Assembly (NCBI GenBank): GCA_046292385.1
Contig: JBKBRF010000030.1
Span: forward strand, 12,063 to 76,062
Direction of reading: 5' to 3'
DNA length: 64,000 nt
DNA from: Armatimonadota bacterium
GTDB lineage: Bacteria > Armatimonadota > SYMT01
Positions 8,800-18,386 of the stretch are shown one piece after another; within the stretch, counting starts at the first letter, position 1, and every line of letters starts with the position of its first letter. The notes below the pieces were generated by a model. The model made no database searches. It saw nothing but the letters and a program-made list of their open reading frames with translations, and had not been told where the DNA came from. A program made the position numbers and the translations under genes.

Positions 8800-11748
8800 T
8801 CAGTCGCCCCTTCGATGGCGAGGCGCAGTCACGGGCTCGGCCACCTGAAGGTAGAGGATGCTGTGCGCCATGCCTCGCTGAGCGATGAATTCGACGTCGT
8901 TGTGGTCGCCCATCGGCTCGTCCTGGATGCCGAGACCCTGCAGCGCTACGTAGACGCCGTTGTCCCGGAACTCCCGATTGGCGACCCCGTACCACCGGCT
9001 GGCGAGGGCGATGTCGTCCCGGTACCAGCAGGCGCCGACCGCGGACGCGCTCTCGGTCCACTCGTCGTAGTAGCGGCGCTGGAGCCATCCGTCGTTGATG
9101 GTGCGGTCCGCCACCGTCATGTAGCTGAAGTAGCACGACTTCCGGTTCGCCTCGTTCACCGTTCCGACGGCGATCAGGTGCAGACGCCCCTCCGGCCCGG
9201 CCAGCGGCCCGCTCTCGAAGAGCAGGGTCGGACGGCGGGTCCCCCCGGCGCGGCCCGCCTCGCCCATCACCCAGCGGCGCCCGGCTTCCGCCAGCGCGCC
9301 ATCCGGGAGCGCGGTGAACGTGCGCAGCAGCCAGCGGCTCTTTCGGCGGGCATCCTGGTCTTCCCCACAGGCGAGGACCAGCGTGTTCCGCAGCGGGTCG
9401 ACGCACGGGCCGACCGGCACGGTGCTGCGGATCCCGAGACCGCGCTCCGGGCCGGCGCCGGAGGTCGACCATTCCCGACAGGTCAGCTCCCGGTCCGCGC
9501 CGCGCCAGAGGAAGAGCAGCAGCCGCTCTCCCCACGAGACGGCGCTGACCGACGCCCCGGCGGTCTCGTCCAGTAGATAGGCATCGCCGGTCGCGCGCCC
9601 GTCCGGGCCAACCTGCCGCGCTCGCAGCCCCTCCGCGGTGGGGTAGAAGAGCCAGAGGTCACCCGCGTGCGCCACCGCGTAAGGATCGCCGGTGGCGACG
9701 TCCTCGGAGACCGTCACCGGTTCGGACCACCGACCGTTCCCGCCCAGCACCCGCGCCGTCACCGGACCGGGGATCGGGGCCGCCGCTTGCCGCTCCTCCG
9801 GCGTCATCAGCTCGTCCGCCTTTGCGTCTCGCGGCGCGCGGACATAGAACGCGTAGAGCCGGTCCGCGTGGCTCGCCAGGAACGGCGCGTGGCCGGTGCG
9901 GTCCTGCGCGTCGAAGTCGCGGCCCGGCATCAGGATGCGGCGCACCCCCGCGGTGGTGCTGTAGCCGTAGTTGATGTCGGCCCGCACGTTCTCTTCCCCG
10001 AAGATGCCGTTCCAGTTCCAGTCGATCAGATTGGTGTCGCCGTCCGCCTTCAGCCGCCAGTGGTACGGCGGCCCGGCGAGGAACGCCGCCTCCTCATACT
10101 TCAGCGGCAGCCGTTCGGAGAGCTTCCGCTCGTCGAAGACCAGGTGGGCGAGCTTGCCCAGGCTGTAGCCGATCGCCTCCGCCTTTCCGCCGAGCTGGTA
10201 GCTGTAGGCGTAGTTCATCAGGCTCGGGTAGGCGGGACACCAGCCGCCCGGCCAGAAGCCCTCATGCGGGAGCCCAAGCTGGTGCCCGAACTCGTGGATG
10301 AAGGTGGCGTAGAGCGCGCGTCCGCCCGCGCTGCCGCGGTCGGAGAGCATGTCGGCCTGCCCGCCGCCCGCGTTCGGGGCGAGCATCCAGTGCCAGGCCC
10401 CGCGCATTCGCGCCGGGAAGTGCGCGTCGCCGACGGCGCGCCAGTCGCGACCGTTGACCTGCTCTGCCGGCAGCGCCGGCTCCAGGACGTAGTGCAGGCG
10501 GATGCCGCTCTTTCCATCCGGGTTCGGCACCGGGAGACCGGCGTAGTAGCGGACCGCGGCCTCCATGTCGGTGCGGGTCCGCTCCTCGTCCAGGTCAGCC
10601 GCGCGCTGGATGCGGACCAGGATATCGGCGTGGTCCGGGGTGCAGCCGAGCGCCGCGAGATCGAAGCCGCGCCAGCCGTTCACCTCCCAGCCGTCGAGCA
10701 GCCCGTCGTTGTCGGTATCCCTCCGCACGGGGTCGCTGCCCGCGGACTGCTCCGCCGCGGCGTCCAGGCCGTCCGAGTCGGGATCGGGATCGCCGTCCCG
10801 GTAGGCGAGATAGACCAGCACGTCACCGCCTGCGTGCCGCTCGTCGTCCCGGCGGAAGCGGACCAGGTCCGGCCGGCCGTCGCCGTTCAGATCTCCGCTC
10901 AGCAGCGTGGACGGCCGCTCCCAGCGGAGCTCGGAGAGCTCCGCGGCGCGGTCTGCCGCCCGCCCGGGTGCGGCCGGAAGCCCCAGCAGCGCGCGGGAGA
11001 GTGCCAGGCCGTCGTCCTTCGACCGCGTTCGATCGGCCCGCCGCTTTCCGGTGTCCGCGGAGAAGGCGCTCTCTCGCACCCGCTGCTCCGCGTCGGTCCA
11101 GACCACCTCCGCGCGGCCGGCGCCGGCGTCCGGGTCGCGGCCGCTCCAGCGGAGCACGGCGGCGGAGGGCGCCGCGCCGAGGTTGAACCTCCGGACGAGC
11201 GGCTCCGCCGGCTCCTCGGAGCGGGGGAGCGTGACGAGAGCCCCTTCGCCGGTGTGGGCGAGCAGGGTGAAGCGGACCGACTTCCGCCCCGCCGCGGCGG
11301 AGAGCCAGCGCACGTCGCTCCACTTCCCGGGCACCGCGGTCAGCACCCGGGAGCGCGTCTGGGCACCGTCCAGGCCTTCCGCCAGGTGCAGCGTGCCGTC
11401 CGCGGAGAGCGCCAGCACCTCCGCGCGGCGGTCGCCGTCCAGGTCGAGCGCGGTCGCCGCCACGCAGCCGCCGCCGAAGTCGCCGAGCACCCGCCGCGGC
11501 GGCAGCGACTTCTCCCCGCCGGCGTTCCGTGCCAGGTCGAGCCACCCGCGGCCGCGCGGCCAGAGGGAGAGGAGATCGTCGAACCCGTCGCCGTCGACAT
11601 CGGCCACGATCGGGATCCGCGGCCCGGCGCCGAGATCGCGCGCCCAGGGAAACGGCGGCGTCACCCGCGTACGGCGCGGCGCCGCCGCAGACGCGGCCGC
11701 AGCGACACAGAAGAGGGCAAGGAGGAGCAGGGATCGAGAAGGCGGCAT
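8800..11748 (-). CDS. Secreted FG-GAP/VCBS-repeat protein with a metzincin-like Zn-metalloprotease domain
   Basis: Signal peptide, DVDGDGFDDL / DLDGDRRAE / DLNGDGRPDL repeats, DTDNDGLLDGWE Ca-binding-like repeats, HEFGHQLGLPH and Met-turn-like SLMNY. Confidence 0.75.
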   Translation of the reverse strand: MPPSRSLLLLALFCVAAAASAAAPRRTRVTPPFPWARDLGAGPRIPIVADVDGDGFDDLLSLWPRGRGWLDLARNAGGEKSLPPRRVLGDFGGGCVAATALDLDGDRRAEVLALSADGTLHLAEGLDGAQTRSRVLTAVPGKWSDVRWLSAAAGRKSVRFTLLAHTGEGALVTLPRSEEPAEPLVRRFNLGAAPSAAVLRWSGRDPDAGAGRAEVVWTDAEQRVRESAFSADTGKRRADRTRSKDDGLALSRALLGLPAAPGRAADRAAELSELRWERPSTLLSGDLNGDGRPDLVRFRRDDERHAGGDVLVYLAYRDGDPDPDSDGLDAAAEQSAGSDPVRRDTDNDGLLDGWEVNGWRGFDLAALGCTPDHADILVRIQRAADLDEERTRTDMEAAVRYYAGLPVPNPDGKSGIRLHYVLEPALPAEQVNGRDWRAVGDAHFPARMRGAWHWMLAPNAGGGQADMLSDRGSAGGRALYATFIHEFGHQLGLPHEGFWPGGWCPAYPSLMNYAYSYQLGGKAEAIGYSLGKLAHLVFDERKLSERLPLKYEEAAFLAGPPYHWRLKADGDTNLIDWNWNGIFGEENVRADINYGYSTTAGVRRILMPGRDFDAQDRTGHAPFLASHADRLYAFYVRAPRDAKADELMTPEERQAAAPIPGPVTARVLGGNGRWSEPVTVSEDVATGDPYAVAHAGDLWLFYPTAEGLRARQVGPDGRATGDAYLLDETAGASVSAVSWGERLLLFLWRGADRELTCREWSTSGAGPERGLGIRSTVPVGPCVDPLRNTLVLACGEDQDARRKSRWLLRTFTALPDGALAEAGRRWVMGEAGRAGGTRRPTLLFESGPLAGPEGRLHLIAVGTVNEANRKSCYFSYMTVADRTINDGWLQRRYYDEWTESASAVGACWYRDDIALASRWYGVANREFRDNGVYVALQGLGIQDEPMGDHNDVEFIAQRGMAHSILYLQVAEPVTAPRHRRGD

Positions 11749-11863
11749 AGAGCAGGTCCGGGAGACCGCTCCATGCGGCTTCCCGGACTCAGTCGCGCCC
11801 CCCGCGCTCGGACTCCTCCGCTCGCCGGCCTACTCTGCAGGCTTTCAGTACTGTCCGAAGCCG

Positions 11864-11965
11864 CTAGTCGATATGGATGTTCCGGCTGGCCACCAGGTAG
11901 TAGACCAGGAATCCCAGCGCCAGCAAGATCAGCAGCGGTATGACGATGTATCCGATGAGCACCAT
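11864..11965 (-). CDS. Small single-TM membrane protein (33 aa)
   Basis: MVLIGYIVIPLLILLALGFLVYYLVASRNIHID, with a GAGAGG RBS just upstream of the ATG and GC-rich third codon positions. Confidence 0.6.
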   Translation of the reverse strand: MVLIGYIVIPLLILLALGFLVYYLVASRNIHID

Positions 11966-12176
11966 GTTCCTCTCCCGCTCCCTCTCAGCCCCTCCGCATA
12001 GGTGGTACCCGCTCCGCGGAGCGCCCAGTCTCCGGCATTGCTCCATGCTGTTTGGTTGTGATCCGCCCGCCACGCCGTGTGGGCATTTCCCGTCCGCGTA
12101 GGGAGCCGCGCGGCGAACGTCCAACCTCCACGTGGCCGCACGCGGGAGCCCCACACTGCCTCACTCGAGCGCGATC

Positions 12177-13565
12177 ATGCCCAAGCGACAGAACCTCCTC
12201 CTCATCGGGATCGACAGCCTGTGGGCCGACCACATGAGCTGCTACGGCTACCACCGTCTCACCACTCCGCACATCGACCGCTTCGCCGGCGAGGGAGTGC
12301 TCTTCGAGCGCAACTACTCCCCGCATATCCCGACGACCAGCGCTTATGCGAGCATGCTGACCGGGACCGACTGCTTCTCCAACCAGGTGGTGGCGCTGCG
12401 GCACGAGGGCGGGCTCACCGAGCGGGTGCGGACGCTGCCGGAGATCCTGCGCGAGGCGGGCTACACCTCCACCTGCGTCGGCTTCAGCGGCAACCCCAGC
12501 TCACGCGGGTTCGACGAGTACCTCACCTATCCGGGGTGGGGGAGCTGGGCGGAGCGGCCCAGCCGAAAGGCAGAGAGCCTGAACGAGGTGACGCTGCCGG
12601 AGCTGGACCGCCTCGCGGCGGGAGAGCAGCCGTTCTTCCTCTTCCTGCGGCACATGGACCCGCACAGCCCATACCTGCCGCCGGAGCCGTTCGAGCATCT
12701 CTTCTACAGCGGCGATCCGTGCGATCCCTCCAAGAGCTCCATCAAACCGGTGCTGGAGTTCAAGCCGATGCGGGACTACTTCGCCACCTGGATGCCACCC
12801 GGCATCACCGACGCGGAGTACGTCATCGCGCAGTACGACGGCGCGGTCGCCTACATGGACGCGTGCATCCAGCGGATCTTCCAGCGCCTGGAAGAGCTGG
12901 GGATCGCCGACGACACGCTGGTGGTGCTGAACGGCGACCACGGCGAGACGCTGATGGACCACGAGTGCTATTTCGACCACCACGGGCTCTACGACTGCAC
13001 CCTGCACGTGCCGCTGATCCTGCGCCACCCGAAGCTGCCGCGGGGAGTGCGCGTGCCGGGCTACACGCTCCACCAGGACCTGGTCCCGACGATCCTGGAG
13101 CTGCTGGAGCTGGAGGCGCCGGACCGGTTCGACGGCAGGAGCCTGCTGCCGCTGGTGAGCGGAGAGCGGGCGAGCAACTGGTCGGACTTCTACCTGACGG
13201 AGTGCACCTGGATGCGGAAGCACGGCTGGCGCGCGCCGGAGTGGAAGCTGATCCAGGCGCTGGAGCCGGACTTCCACTTCAAGCCGGAGGTGGAGCTCTA
13301 CAACCTGGTCCGGGATCCCGGCGAGAACCGGAACCTGGCGGAGGCGGAGCCGGGCATCGTCGACGCGCTGCGGGCGCGGATGGAAGCCTGGATCGCCCGG
13401 CGAGAGGCGGAAACCGGTCTCCGGAACCCGATCTACACCAACCTGAACTGGCACGGCAGCACCACACACCGCGGGCCGTTCACCAGCTCTCAGCAGGCAT
13501 ACGATACGCTGCACCTCGGAGACCCGGGCGCGGCGGCGCGCCTGCAGGCCAAGGACGCGAAATGA
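12177..13565 (+). CDS. Sulfatase-like / alkaline phosphatase superfamily hydrolase
   Basis: Motifs NLLLIGIDSL, TTPHIDRFA, DPHSPY, GDHGE, HHGLY..LHVPLI and ELYNL..DPGE..NLA. The nucleophile site reads TTSAY rather than CxPxR. Confidence 0.88.
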   Translation: MPKRQNLLLIGIDSLWADHMSCYGYHRLTTPHIDRFAGEGVLFERNYSPHIPTTSAYASMLTGTDCFSNQVVALRHEGGLTERVRTLPEILREAGYTSTCVGFSGNPSSRGFDEYLTYPGWGSWAERPSRKAESLNEVTLPELDRLAAGEQPFFLFLRHMDPHSPYLPPEPFEHLFYSGDPCDPSKSSIKPVLEFKPMRDYFATWMPPGITDAEYVIAQYDGAVAYMDACIQRIFQRLEELGIADDTLVVLNGDHGETLMDHECYFDHHGLYDCTLHVPLILRHPKLPRGVRVPGYTLHQDLVPTILELLELEAPDRFDGRSLLPLVSGERASNWSDFYLTECTWMRKHGWRAPEWKLIQALEPDFHFKPEVELYNLVRDPGENRNLAEAEPGIVDALRARMEAWIARREAETGLRNPIYTNLNWHGSTTHRGPFTSSQQAYDTLHLGDPGAAARLQAKDAK

Positions 13566-14428
13566 AAGAGCAGACCCACCCCACCCGGCGCGCCTTCCTG
13601 GCGCTCTCCGCAGGAGCCCTCCTCGGCGCCGTGCCCGCGGCCGCGCAGGAGCGCGCCGGCGCGGAGATCGTTTCCCGCTACGTGAAGATCGGGGAGATCC
13701 CGGCGCTCGTCGTCTCGCCACGGCAGACCCGCGGGCGCAGCCTGGTGATCTGGCTGACCGGCTTCAGCGGCAGCAAAGACTCGGTCAAGAGCCACCTGCA
13801 GGAGCTCGCGGCGCGCGGCTTCGTCGCCATCAGCTTCGATCCGTACCAGCACGGCGACCGGCGCATCGAGGAGCAGGCGCAGCTCGTCTCCCGCGTGCGC
13901 GGCAACATCCGGCGCTACTTCTGGCCGATCCTCGCCCGCAGCGCGGAGGAGGTGCCGCTCATCATCGATTGGGCGGTGAAGGAGCTGGGCGTGAAGGACG
14001 AGGTGGGCGTGGGCGGTATCTCGATGGGAGGCGACATCTCGGTCGCCGCCGCGGGGGTCGACCGCCGCGTCCAGGTCGTCTCCGCGGCGGTCGCCACGCC
14101 GGACTGGCTCCGTGCCGGGTCGTTCGAGCCGCCGGGTGAGCCGGACGCCGCCGCGCAGGCCGACTTCGACCGCCGCAACCCGGCCACGCACCTCCGCGCT
14201 TACCGGCACAAGCCGGCGATCGCGTTCCAGAGCGGCGCGGACGACCGCCAGGTGCCGCCGGACGCGGGGGAGCGCTTTGTAGCGGCGCTGAAGCCGATCT
14301 ACGGCGCCGACGCGGACCGGCTGAAGGTGAACCTCTTCCCGAACGTGGGCCACGCGTTCCCGCCGGAGATGTGGACTGCCTCCCTCGCCTGGTTCGAGCA
14401 GCACCTGGGCAAACAGCCGAGTCCGTAG
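13562..14428 (+). CDS. Tat-exported alpha/beta hydrolase (esterase-like)
   Basis: TRRAFL twin-arginine signal, GISMGG nucleophile elbow, DDRQVP Asp and VGH His. ATGA overlap with the sulfatase stop codon. Confidence 0.85.
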   Translation: MKEQTHPTRRAFLALSAGALLGAVPAAAQERAGAEIVSRYVKIGEIPALVVSPRQTRGRSLVIWLTGFSGSKDSVKSHLQELAARGFVAISFDPYQHGDRRIEEQAQLVSRVRGNIRRYFWPILARSAEEVPLIIDWAVKELGVKDEVGVGGISMGGDISVAAAGVDRRVQVVSAAVATPDWLRAGSFEPPGEPDAAAQADFDRRNPATHLRAYRHKPAIAFQSGADDRQVPPDAGERFVAALKPIYGADADRLKVNLFPNVGHAFPPEMWTASLAWFEQHLGKQPSP

Positions 14429-14432
14429 CATG

Positions 14433-14532
14433 AGTTCGCAAGTTGCAGGTTGGCAGGTTACAGGTTTCGAACCCCGTCGTCGCGGAGCAAACCTGTTAAC
14501 CTGCAACCTGCAACTTGCTAACCTGCAACTGG
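14433..14532. repeat. Heptamer CAGGTTG-family inverted tandem-repeat element
   Basis: agttgcaggttggcaggttacagg ... aacctgttaacctgcaacctgcaacttgctaacctgcaac. Confidence 0.85.
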
Positions 14533-14540
14533 TGTTATCG

Positions 14541-14939
14541 ATGGAGCAGCCGCCTCGACCGGTCAATCCGAACCGCGCTCGCGACCACCTGGCGAACGAG
14601 CGGACCTACCTGGCGTGGATGCGGACCGGGATCGGGATGATGGGCCTGGGCGTCGTGATCGTGCGGCTGCGCTTCCTGCTGCCGAGCGAGCTTTCCGGCA
14701 CGACCCACGGATGGCATCTCGGGCTGCTATTCGGTCTGGTCGGGCTCCTGGTGGTGCCGTGCTCCACCGTCCACTACTTCGCGGTGAAAAACGGCATCGA
14801 GAGCGACCGGTATGAGCCCGCGACCCTGTGGGTGATCCTCTTCAGCGCGGCGGTGTCACTCATCGGCGCCGCCACCCTGTACATCCTGCTCACCGCGCCC
14901 GCGGTGGTGCCGGGTGCGCCGGCTGTCCCCCAGTTCTGA
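14541..14939 (+). CDS. DUF202 / YidH family membrane protein
   Basis: RDHLANERTYLAWMRTG signature and three TM helices. Confidence 0.92.
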   Translation: MEQPPRPVNPNRARDHLANERTYLAWMRTGIGMMGLGVVIVRLRFLLPSELSGTTHGWHLGLLFGLVGLLVVPCSTVHYFAVKNGIESDRYEPATLWVILFSAAVSLIGAATLYILLTAPAVVPGAPAVPQF

Positions 14940-14943
14940 CAGG

Positions 14944-15681
14944 TCAGCGGCCGGCGCGCCCGTTCAGGCACGATTCCGCCGTGAGGGGCACCGGGATCAC
15001 GCGATCGATGCAGGTCGGGTAGCCGGCCTTGGTGGCGCCGACCAGGCGCTCGCGGTCGAGGATCTTGATCATCCGGTAGCGGGTGTCGATGATCTCCTCG
15101 TTGCGCAGGGCGCCGAGGATGAGCGCCAGCGTCTCCCGCCGCGTGCCGACGATGCCGGAGAGCTGCTCCTGGGTGATCGGGATGTTCTTGGAGCGGAGCC
15201 GGTCCCCCAGCCGCAGCAGTGCTACCGCCGCGCGGGCGCGGACGTCGAGCGTCGTCGCGCGGACGAAGTCGTCCGTCATCTCCGCCAGCCGCCCCGCCGC
15301 GAATCCGGCCAGCAGCCGCGCCAGCACCCCGCCTCTTTCCACCGCCAGCCGCGCGTGCTCGCCGGGGATCTCCACCACCTCCGCCTCCGTGAGCGCGTGG
15401 GCCGATTCCGGCGCGTGCGCGCCCGGATGGAGGCACTGGATGTTGAAGCACTGGCTCGCGTCGATCAGACCCGTCATCCGCGTCTCCCCGGTGCGGGCTT
15501 CGATGCAGAGGACGACGATCCCACGCGTGAGGAGAAAGAGAGAGAGGTCTCGGTCTCCCGGGGAGACCAGCGTCTCCCGGCGCTCTACCTGCTGGCGCCT
15601 GGCTACCCCGGCCCACGGCTCCAACTCTGCTTCCGGGATGGGAGACAGGAACGGAATCTGCTTGAGTTCGGCGGCGGTCAT
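14944..15681 (-). CDS. Crp/Fnr family transcriptional regulator
   Basis: N-terminal cNMP-like beta-roll (LKQIPFLS) and C-terminal HTH ITQEQLSGIVGTRRETL...IKILD. Confidence 0.9.
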   Translation of the reverse strand: MTAAELKQIPFLSPIPEAELEPWAGVARRQQVERRETLVSPGDRDLSLFLLTRGIVVLCIEARTGETRMTGLIDASQCFNIQCLHPGAHAPESAHALTEAEVVEIPGEHARLAVERGGVLARLLAGFAAGRLAEMTDDFVRATTLDVRARAAVALLRLGDRLRSKNIPITQEQLSGIVGTRRETLALILGALRNEEIIDTRYRMIKILDRERLVGATKAGYPTCIDRVIPVPLTAESCLNGRAGR

Positions 15682-15918
15682 GGCGGCGTTCCCGGTCGGG
15701 CCGTGGTGGGGATCTGGCGCTGCGCCGTCTCGACCGGCGCAGCCGACCCGAGGCGGCTGGGAAACGTCCGCTCGGGCGCGCGGTTGCGCGGTCAGCGGGC
15801 GGACACGCCACAGTTTATCTCAAACAGGCGGATTCCTTCCTATCTTAAAAGTGTCCATCTCTCTCAACATCATCAGAAAGGTACAAACTAATCGGAAAAG
15901 AAGTTGGGCCGGGACGCC

Positions 15919-18048
15919 TCAATCACTCTGGTAGAGCTCCGCTCGCCGCTTCTGGGCGAGCAGCCCGATTCGGTACCGTGCCAGGGGAATATCGAGCAGC
16001 AGCCGCTGGAACGCCCGGCCGGGGAGCTCCAGCACGCGCGTCGGCTCGACCGCCGTCACCGTGGCGGTGCGCACTTCTTCGCCGAGGAGCGCGATCTCTC
16101 CGAAGTGATAGCCGCCCCGGAACTGGCCGAAGGTCCGCGCGGAGCCGTTCTGGCGGCTTACTTCCACACAGCCGTCGATCACCACGTAGAAGTGGGTGGC
16201 CGGCTCGCTCTGCCGCACGATCATGGCGCCGGGATTGAACTTCCGCTCCCGGCTCAGCTCCGCCAGCTCCACCAGGGTGTCGAGACCCAGCTCCTCCCCG
16301 GTCACCTCTCGCCACCAGTTGCGGGTCTGGTAGAGCCGGTCCAGGCGCGCCTTCAGGCCGGTGTCGCGCAGGAGGGCGCCGTAGAGCGCCTCCGGGATTC
16401 GGAGCAGCCGGGTCCAGCGGGCGGTGGAGACGAGTGCCGGCGCGGCGAGCTCGGGCATCAGGGAGTGATGGAACAGGTCGCCGCGCTGCAGCGGGAGCAG
16501 CGGCTGCGCGCCCTCACGCAGCTCCAGGCTGCCGGCGAGAACCATCACCGCGCCGTCGCCGGGCAGGAGCTCCTCCTCGCCCGGGGTCCACACCTCGCCG
16601 CCGTAGAGGAGCGTGAGCAGCCAGCGCTCCGGGACGTGCTGGAGCACCGGGGAGTTGAAGAGCGCCATCGCCTCCTCCGGGCTGCGCTCTGCGCGGGGGA
16701 TCAGCGTCACCGCGGTGCCCGGATCGGCGGTCGGGAGGTACTGCCGGGCGGCCTCGGGGATGTGCGTCACCATCAGCCGGCTGCAGCAGCCGTACTTCAC
16801 CAGCTCCTGCACCTCCTCGGGGTCCGGGTGGATCGGCCCGCCGCCGGCGTCGGCAACGATCACGTCGGCACCCTCGTAGCTGCGGCGGACCAGCTCCGCG
16901 CGGGCGGGCGTAACGACCCCCTGCTCCAGCAGCGGGTCGAGCTGCCGTCCCCAGAGGGTGTCGCCCGGCAGGCGGATCCGCTTCCCGTCCATCGCGATGT
17001 CGACGCCGAGGGTGGGGAGGGTGTGGACGCTGTACCAGGTGCGGATCTCCGCCCCGAACCAGTGGAGCGGCTCGCCGAACTCCTCGGTGCCCGGCCGCAG
17101 CACCACCCAGCGGAACAGGCGGCGGACTTCCTCCTCCGCCACCGCGAGGATCGCGGCGAGACGGGACACGAGGCCCGCCATCACCGGGCCGCTGGTGAGC
17201 ACCGTCACCGGGCGCCGCCCGATGAGCTGGCTCAGCGCGTTGGCGTGGTCCTCGTGGTTGTGCGTTATCAGGTAGCCGAGGATGTGGTCGTCCTCGATTC
17301 CGAGCCGCTTCAGGTGCTCGTCGAGGTAGGGGGTCCCGTCTACGATCAGCGGCTGGCCGTTGATCCAGACGACGAAGCAGGAGCCCCACTCCGCCCCGGA
17401 GAAGCCGCTGGCGCTGCCGATCACCTGCAGCCCGAAGCGGGGCCCCGCGACGGCGCGGTCGACGTCCGCAAAGTAGAACGGCAGCGCCTCCCGCGCGGGC
17501 GCCCGCCGCGGCACCGCGAGCACCTCGCCGCCATGGGTCACCTGCAGCGCTCCGCCCGGGAGCTCCTCCAGTAAGGTGCCGTCCGGAAGCGCGGCGCGGC
17601 CGTCTTCAAAGGCGATCACCCGCGCCATCGACTCCACCGGCGTCTGCGCGACCGGGCCGCCGACGACCGCCATCTCCCGCAGGAGCTGGCGCCGCTGGCT
17701 GGCGGGCGTGCGGTACGCCGCCATTTCCTCATCCGACGGACCCCGTAGCGAGTGCTGGAGCATCCGCTCCACGCGCTCCTGCTGCTCCGGGTCGCACACG
17801 ACGACGAACGGAACCCCGTCGCGCAGGCCGTGGAGTTGGAAGAGGTGGTTAAAGAGGAGAAACTCGAAGCTGGCCTGGTTCACCCCGTGGGCGAAGAGCG
17901 GGTCGGGCGGAAGCACCACCACGCTCGGGCCCGGGTACTCCCACAGCACCAGCACCTTCAGCGCTTCGGGTGGGGCTCCCACCATGAGGGCGCCGCCGCT
18001 GGGGAGGGTGACCAGATGGGCGGTATCGATGACCTGGATCGCTTCCAT
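15919..18048 (-). CDS. Metallo-beta-lactamase-fold protein with C-terminal cyclic-nucleotide-binding domains (putative cNMP-regulated phosphodiesterase)
   Basis: THNHEDH metal motif plus H (VHTLP), GD, IHP and TH. C-terminal cNMP domain HFGEIALLGEEVRTATV preceded by a degenerate cNMP domain. Start taken at MEAIQ. Confidence 0.8.
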   Translation of the reverse strand: MEAIQVIDTAHLVTLPSGGALMVGAPPEALKVLVLWEYPGPSVVVLPPDPLFAHGVNQASFEFLLFNHLFQLHGLRDGVPFVVVCDPEQQERVERMLQHSLRGPSDEEMAAYRTPASQRRQLLREMAVVGGPVAQTPVESMARVIAFEDGRAALPDGTLLEELPGGALQVTHGGEVLAVPRRAPAREALPFYFADVDRAVAGPRFGLQVIGSASGFSGAEWGSCFVVWINGQPLIVDGTPYLDEHLKRLGIEDDHILGYLITHNHEDHANALSQLIGRRPVTVLTSGPVMAGLVSRLAAILAVAEEEVRRLFRWVVLRPGTEEFGEPLHWFGAEIRTWYSVHTLPTLGVDIAMDGKRIRLPGDTLWGRQLDPLLEQGVVTPARAELVRRSYEGADVIVADAGGGPIHPDPEEVQELVKYGCCSRLMVTHIPEAARQYLPTADPGTAVTLIPRAERSPEEAMALFNSPVLQHVPERWLLTLLYGGEVWTPGEEELLPGDGAVMVLAGSLELREGAQPLLPLQRGDLFHHSLMPELAAPALVSTARWTRLLRIPEALYGALLRDTGLKARLDRLYQTRNWWREVTGEELGLDTLVELAELSRERKFNPGAMIVRQSEPATHFYVVIDGCVEVSRQNGSARTFGQFRGGYHFGEIALLGEEVRTATVTAVEPTRVLELPGRAFQRLLLDIPLARYRIGLLAQKRRAELYQSD

Positions 18049-18386
18049 GGGAGCTCCGGCGCCGCCGGCAAAAGCGGAGGGGCGCCCTTTGCGTGCCCGA
18101 GTCGGCAGCACCGCCCCATGCCGCAGCCCGCTTGACGCCTTGCCGGGCAAGCGAACGCGGGAGGGGACGAGTCCACGTTGCCGAAACGGCGGCGTTTACC
18201 CTGCCGGCCCGCCGCCGGTGTGGAAAAGTTCACACCCGGCTCGTAGTGCGTGCCGAGTATTGCGCAGCGTCGGGCAGCTACCCTCGATCGTGCCGGGCGA
18301 GGAGGCAGGGATCGCGTGTCGATCGGCAGGATCTTCCGTGAACGTCGAAGACCGGCCGATACGGACTACCCTCCAATCGCTCCGTT

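Noticed and set aside
15800..15910. Crp/Fnr binding site in the AT-rich spacer upstream of the Crp gene
   Set aside because: No TGTGA-N6-TCACA or TTGAT-N4-ATCAA-like palindrome was found by eye.
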